DNA from: Exilispira sp.
Lineage (GTDB): Bacteria; Spirochaetota; JAAYUW01
Direction: 5' to 3'
DNA: 55,405 nt
Assembly: GCA_012517545.1 (NCBI GenBank)
Contig: JAAYUW010000153.1
Location: forward strand, 1 to 55,405
Shown: piece after piece, positions 50,642 to 55,405 of the stretch
Layout of the letters: each line of letters begins with the position of its first letter
Position numbering within the stretch: the stretch's first letter is position 1
The notes under the pieces: generated by a model
Database searches by the model: none
The model's input: only the letters and a program-made list of their open reading frames with translations
What the model was told of the DNA's origin: nothing
Program-made: the position numbers and the translations under genes

Positions 50642-50957
50642 ATTAATTATTCCATTATCATAATTATTTAAAAAATAATATCTTAATTCCTATTTTTAGC
50701 TAATAGTATAAATATTTTAAAATTCAGACTTTTTGCTTTTTTTATGTGTGTGGGTTATTATTTCAAAATGCACAGAATAAAACCAGAAAATATCTTCCTG
50801 TCCTGTGATAAAAATGAAAATTAAGTTATCATAAAATTATAAAACAGGCAAGGCAAACAATCTTTATGTATAATTTAGATCGTTAAGACTCGTCATAAAA
50901 TAAAATATAAGAGCTGCACAACTGGATGATTCTAATGACTGGATAATAAAATATGCT

Positions 50958-52274
50958 TTACATATTTTCCAGTATTAATTCATCGAGTAATGGTTTACTT
51001 TCCGAAATCTCGATAGCTTTTTTTAAACAATCAATGGCTATAGATATTGAGTTTTCATTGTTTGTATAAAGTGTAAAAATAGAATCTTCGAGATTGACAA
51101 ATTCACCGATCTTGTGATTTATAACAATGCCGGCTCCATGATCGATACTATCTTCTTTTTTAAATCTTCCTGCACCAAGATAATTTGCAGCATTTCCGCA
51201 TAAAAATGCATCCATGTTTGAAATATAACCAGATTGATGCTGTGATAGCATCTTTAAAGTGATATCACGCTTTATTGATGCAGATGGAAGCAAATTGTAA
51301 TCATAAATAGAATCGACATTTCCATTTTGCCACCTGACTAGTTGCTCGAATTTCTTTAAAGGTTTACCACTAATTATCATATTTTGAACCATTTTGCATG
51401 ATTTGTTAAAATCCTGTTTCAAAGTTATACTTATCATCTGAGCGGCAAGATACACTGTGAGATTATAAAAATCTCCTTCTGTAATGTTACCTTTTAGCAA
51501 TTCAAGACTTTCTATTATCTCAAGAGAGTTTCCAATCATTTTACCAATTGGATAATTCATATTTGTAAGCACACATCTTGTATTGATATCATTAATTTTG
51601 CCAACTTCTATGAGATATTCACCAAGTTTTCTTGCTGAATCAAGATCTTTCATGAAAGCACCACTGCCAACTTTGAGATCTATAATAAGATTTTTGGTCC
51701 CCTCAGCAATTTTTTTGGACATAATAGAAGCTGTAATAAGTGGGATAGATTCAATAGTACATGTTGCATCACGGAGTGCATAGAGATATTTATCGGCAAC
51801 AGCGATTTGTTCAGTTTGACCAATCATTGAAACACCAAGAGCCCTGATCTGCTCCTTAAATTCCTCTAAAGATAAATTCACATTAAAACCCGGAATAGAT
51901 TCAAGCTTATCCAGAGTCCCACCAGTATGCCCAAGTCCTCTACCGCTCATCATACCTACAGCTATATCAAAACAAGAAACAATAGGTGCCAACGGGATGG
52001 ATATTTTATCACCCACTCCTCCTGTAGAATGTTTATCACAAGAGGGAAGTTTAATATCTGATAGATCGACCTTAACACCAGATTCGACCATATATTTTGT
52101 CATTAAAGATGTTTCATTAAAGTTTAATCCTTGAAAAAAAACAGCCATTAAAAATGCAGAAATTTGATAATCAGGTATAGTCTTGTGAGAGACTGAATCT
52201 ATAAAAAACTTCATTTCTTTTTCAGATAGGATTTTTCCATCTCTTTTTTTTCTTAAAATTTCAAGTATATTCAT
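50958..52274 (-). CDS. Thymidine / pyrimidine-nucleoside phosphorylase
   Basis: 'DKHSTGGVGDK' and 'SGRGLGHTGGTLDKLE'. 438 aa. Confidence 0.93.
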   Translation of the reverse strand: MNILEILRKKRDGKILSEKEMKFFIDSVSHKTIPDYQISAFLMAVFFQGLNFNETSLMTKYMVESGVKVDLSDIKLPSCDKHSTGGVGDKISIPLAPIVSCFDIAVGMMSGRGLGHTGGTLDKLESIPGFNVNLSLEEFKEQIRALGVSMIGQTEQIAVADKYLYALRDATCTIESIPLITASIMSKKIAEGTKNLIIDLKVGSGAFMKDLDSARKLGEYLIEVGKINDINTRCVLTNMNYPIGKMIGNSLEIIESLELLKGNITEGDFYNLTVYLAAQMISITLKQDFNKSCKMVQNMIISGKPLKKFEQLVRWQNGNVDSIYDYNLLPSASIKRDITLKMLSQHQSGYISNMDAFLCGNAANYLGAGRFKKEDSIDHGAGIVINHKIGEFVNLEDSIFTLYTNNENSISIAIDCLKKAIEISESKPLLDELILENM

Positions 52275-52695
52275 AAAAATCCTTTATATTTGTTATACTG
52301 GTAAAAAGTTATTTTTTAAAACTTCTTCCCGGTGACTCAGAAAAGAAAGAAGTAAAAATTAATCTAAAAGTAAATATTAGCTAAGTTAAGAATTATATTG
52401 CCAATAAATTACAGAATTCATTGAAAAAATTAACAAAAAGAATATATACCAATATTAAAAAAAATATAGTTTTCTTTTGTGATATAATACTTTATATGAT
52501 ATAATGTTTATGTAAACAATTTGATAAATTTATTTGCAAAAAATTATGCAATATTGAATCAATATGTTTTACTTATTTGACAGTATGAAATATGATTGCA
52601 CCTGTTTCAAATTTAAAATAGTAGGGATATTCTCTTTGTTAGTCAGTTTTTATTTTTAAAAAGTTAAATGAAAAAAATATGTTGAGGATCATTAA

Positions 52696-55405
52696 ATGTC
52701 AGAATTAGGTATAATACTTATTGCATTGGCAATATCCATAGTTGTTTCTGTTATATTTAGATTTCTTGATAAATCAAATCAACAACTATCTAAACTCAAG
52801 CTTTTTGTTGATAAATCTATAAAAGAACTAGATAGTTTTATGGTTGAAAAAAAGCAAACTGTAAAAGATCTAACTATAGATCTTGATTTTCATATAAATC
52901 AGGCAAAACTGATAAATCAAAAATACGAAAAACAAAATTCTGAAATTTCTCTATTTTTTTCAAAATTTAGCGAGCAGAAGGATGAAATAGAAAAACTTAA
53001 GAAGTCTATTCGAACTTTGAATGAAACAAAAAATTCTGTGCAGGAAGAAATAGCAAACCTTGAAAAGATGTTTTCCAGGGTTGAAAATTATAAGAAAGAA
53101 ATCGAATCCTTAAATACAAAATTTAATCAAATGAATGATAGTCTTATTAGTCGTCAGGAAACAGTTAGAGAACAAATAGAATCTTACCTTGTAGAATTAC
53201 ACGAAAAAGCAAATGCTGTAATACAACAAAATGCAAAACAGCAATTTGAAAAACTTAAAGAGATGGAAGGCGAACTGGATAAGAGGTTAAAAGATGTAAA
53301 AAGTACGAATGAAGAAAAGATTACAAAGTTGAATGAGTATTTTGATAATGCTCTGAAAAAGGTTAAAGAGGAATATGAAAATCAGGTTAAGACTTTTGAA
53401 GATGCTTCTTTAAAAATGCTTGAAGAGCTAAAAGATAAAGAAGAACAATTTGAAACTATAAGTAATGATGCAAGTAATGACTTTTCTGAGAAAATTAAAA
53501 ATATTTTATCAGACAATGAATCTATCCTTGCAAGTCAGATTAAATCACTTGAGGCTTTAAGAAATAATATTAATGTTCTTTATGTTCAACTTGAAGAAAA
53601 GGTAGATTTATTTATTGATACACTTGAAGATGAATCTACCAAAGCTATAGATTCATTTAATTCTACTCTATCAAGTTCTATTGCCCAAAAAACAGGTAAA
53701 ATTGAAGATTATCTTATTCAGAGCGAAAAACAGTTAAAACAGGTTTCCGAAAAAATAGAAACAATACAGGATGCCGTAGATAAGATAATAGATGCTAAGG
53801 TTGCTGATATAGGTAAATATATCGTCAGGCTGGAACAGAGAATAGCGTCTTATCAACAGACAGTTTACAAGGATATTGAAAAGAGATTTGAGACTCTTGA
53901 TCTTGATGCAAAATCCATAGTTGAACAGTATAAGAATCAATTATCAACATTAAATAGTGATATATTTATCGATATCTCAAATAAAACAAACAATCTGGAA
54001 CAAGAGATCAAAAAAATAGAAGAGCAACAAAAAATTCTTCAATCACAATATCAGAACAAGTTTAAAGAATCATTGGAAGAATTAAAAGAGCAGATAAACA
54101 TTAGTATAGCCGGGATTTTAAATGATATTGACACAAAACTTAATGGCACAAAGCAAGAGATTGAAGGTAAACTCAGTCAAAATAATTTAGCATTTGAAGA
54201 GCTTGTTAAGGAATCTTCATCTATTCTGGAACAGAAAAAAATTGATTTAACTGAAAATATGAAGAAATTTTTGAATGAGATAGAAACTAAGAATAATGAA
54301 GCAAAAAATCTCTTATCTAATGTAGATGATAGTTATAAAGAATGCCTTGCCGAGGTAGAACGAAAGATCTTGTTATTTGAAGATAAGATGAACAATTTTA
54401 TTGAACTAAGGTTATCCAGTATCTCAGATTCTATTAAAAATAAAAGTGATGATTATTCTTTAAAATTTGCAGAAATATTAGATGAATATAAACAAAAAGC
54501 TGTAAATTTTCTTTCAGAATTAAATTTGTACAAAAACAACCTCACATCTGAAATAGATAAATTTAATAAACAAAAAGAATCAGTTTATAGTGACCTATCA
54601 AAGGTTAAAGAAGATCTTGATAGTTTTATTAATAATTCAAGTATTCAGATTAGTGAAAAAGTAGAAGAGCTAAAAAAGTTGGTTGATGAAAAAGCCAATG
54701 CTTATCTGGTTAATTTTGAGAACAAGGTCAAGCAGATTGAACTTCAATTTGAGCAATTTAAAAATGATTCTTCAAATCTTCAGGAAACTTACAAAAAAGA
54801 ATTTATTGATGAAATTGATAAAAATAAGGTTGAACTTGATACACAGCTTAAGGAACTTTTAAAGTACAAAGAAATTATATTTGTTCAGTTTGATAAGCAA
54901 AAGAAAGAGATTGAAGAATATATCAAATCTTTGAACTATCAAATAGATGAAAAATTGGATAGTTTAAAAAAGATGATAGACGATCGAACTGCACAACATT
55001 TTGTGGATTTTGATGTAAAGATAAAACAGATTGAAAAACAGTTTGATCAATATGAAAATCAATTGGCTGGAAAAGAAAAAATTTACAACTCCGAATTTGC
55101 AAGGTTAGATGAAGAAATTAAAAATAAGATTATTTTTTTTAATTCTAAATTTGATGAAATAGAAAAATCTTTTGATAGTAAGGTAGATACAATTTATGAT
55201 GAAATCAACGATAAAATAAGCAAACAAAAAGAGTTTGTTCTATCAAAGATTCCAGACCTTTATCAGTCTATTGAAGAGATAAACTCAAAGTACAATGAGC
55301 TATCAGGGTCTCTCAATTCATTTAGTAAATTAATTAATGAAAAGATTGCAAACTCACAAAATGAATCTGATCAGATAATAAAAAAATACTTTGAAGATAT
55401 TGAAA
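52696..55405 (+). CDS. Membrane-anchored giant coiled-coil protein; 3' end lies outside the window
   Basis: ATG at 52696 with GAGGA 7 nt upstream. I checked every 60-nt line and the frame is open to 55405 (903 codons). An N-terminal TM helix 'LGIILIALAISIVVSVIF' is followed by an uninterrupted K/E/Q/N/I/L-rich heptad-like sequence. It is missing from the ORF track because it has no stop codon in the window. Confidence 0.8.
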   Translation, partial: MSELGIILIALAISIVVSVIFRFLDKSNQQLSKLKLFVDKSIKELDSFMVEKKQTVKDLTIDLDFHINQAKLINQKYEKQNSEISLFFSKFSEQKDEIEKLKKSIRTLNETKNSVQEEIANLEKMFSRVENYKKEIESLNTKFNQMNDSLISRQETVREQIESYLVELHEKANAVIQQNAKQQFEKLKEMEGELDKRLKDVKSTNEEKITKLNEYFDNALKKVKEEYENQVKTFEDASLKMLEELKDKEEQFETISNDASNDFSEKIKNILSDNESILASQIKSLEALRNNINVLYVQLEEKVDLFIDTLEDESTKAIDSFNSTLSSSIAQKTGKIEDYLIQSEKQLKQVSEKIETIQDAVDKIIDAKVADIGKYIVRLEQRIASYQQTVYKDIEKRFETLDLDAKSIVEQYKNQLSTLNSDIFIDISNKTNNLEQEIKKIEEQQKILQSQYQNKFKESLEELKEQINISIAGILNDIDTKLNGTKQEIEGKLSQNNLAFEELVKESSSILEQKKIDLTENMKKFLNEIETKNNEAKNLLSNVDDSYKECLAEVERKILLFEDKMNNFIELRLSSISDSIKNKSDDYSLKFAEILDEYKQKAVNFLSELNLYKNNLTSEIDKFNKQKESVYSDLSKVKEDLDSFINNSSIQISEKVEELKKLVDEKANAYLVNFENKVKQIELQFEQFKNDSSNLQETYKKEFIDEIDKNKVELDTQLKELLKYKEIIFVQFDKQKKEIEEYIKSLNYQIDEKLDSLKKMIDDRTAQHFVDFDVKIKQIEKQFDQYENQLAGKEKIYNSEFARLDEEIKNKIIFFNSKFDEIEKSFDSKVDTIYDEINDKISKQKEFVLSKIPDLYQSIEEINSKYNELSGSLNSFSKLINEKIANSQNESDQIIKKYFEDIE

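Overview
The window is a visibly AT-rich bacterial chromosomal segment. It is dominated by housekeeping genes on both strands. I see no CRISPR array, transposase, intact integrase, prophage or recognisable defence cassette. The taxon cannot be assigned from sequence alone. Relaxed 'LLF[SA]C' lipoboxes, many cNMP, HD-GYP and HDOD proteins, and a giant coiled-coil protein are reminiscent of Spirochaetota, but this is only an impression.

Gene content, left to right:
- A SWIM-Zn-finger SNF2 helicase that runs off the left edge. It is absent from the supplied ORF track because it has no stop codon in the window.
- mnmG, a canonical parS site, rsmG, parA and parB. This is an origin-proximal style partition cluster.
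- A lipoate-protein ligase, tRNA-Gly(CCC) and a Nif3-family protein.
- A long minus-strand string: HAD, M16, M16, terminator, cinA, a phosphohexomutase, lysS fused to a C-terminal HD domain, and pgeF.
- A DUF362 Fe-S protein convergent with a DUF3795 Cys-rich protein.
- A CCA-enzyme-like protein with a degenerate nucleotidyltransferase head and an intact HD domain.
- A complete glyA-gcvT-gcvH-gcvPA-gcvPB block.
- Two tandem cNMP-binding-domain-only proteins.
- valS, a decayed P-loop gene remnant with one in-frame TAA, proS, rnhB, a VIT1/CCC1 iron transporter and mtaB.
- A second-messenger neighbourhood: TPR, Zn-ribbon-HDOD, GAF-HD-GYP, a cNMP-binding protein, tRNA-Cys, tRNA-Leu and TM-HAMP-PAS.
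- recJ and thymidine phosphorylase.
- A membrane-anchored coiled-coil protein of more than 900 aa that runs off the right edge. It is also absent from the ORF track.

Nothing here is demonstrably a new system. The best second-look candidates are:
- the LysRS-HD fusion and its nucleotide-metabolism neighbours;
- the HDOD / HD-GYP / cNMP signalling cluster and the tandem cNMP-only pair;
- the dead-head CCA-like HD protein;
- three unusually long ORF-free regions, two of which carry local repeats (upstream of gcvT and upstream of valS).

All functional calls come from motif recognition by eye. No database search was run.
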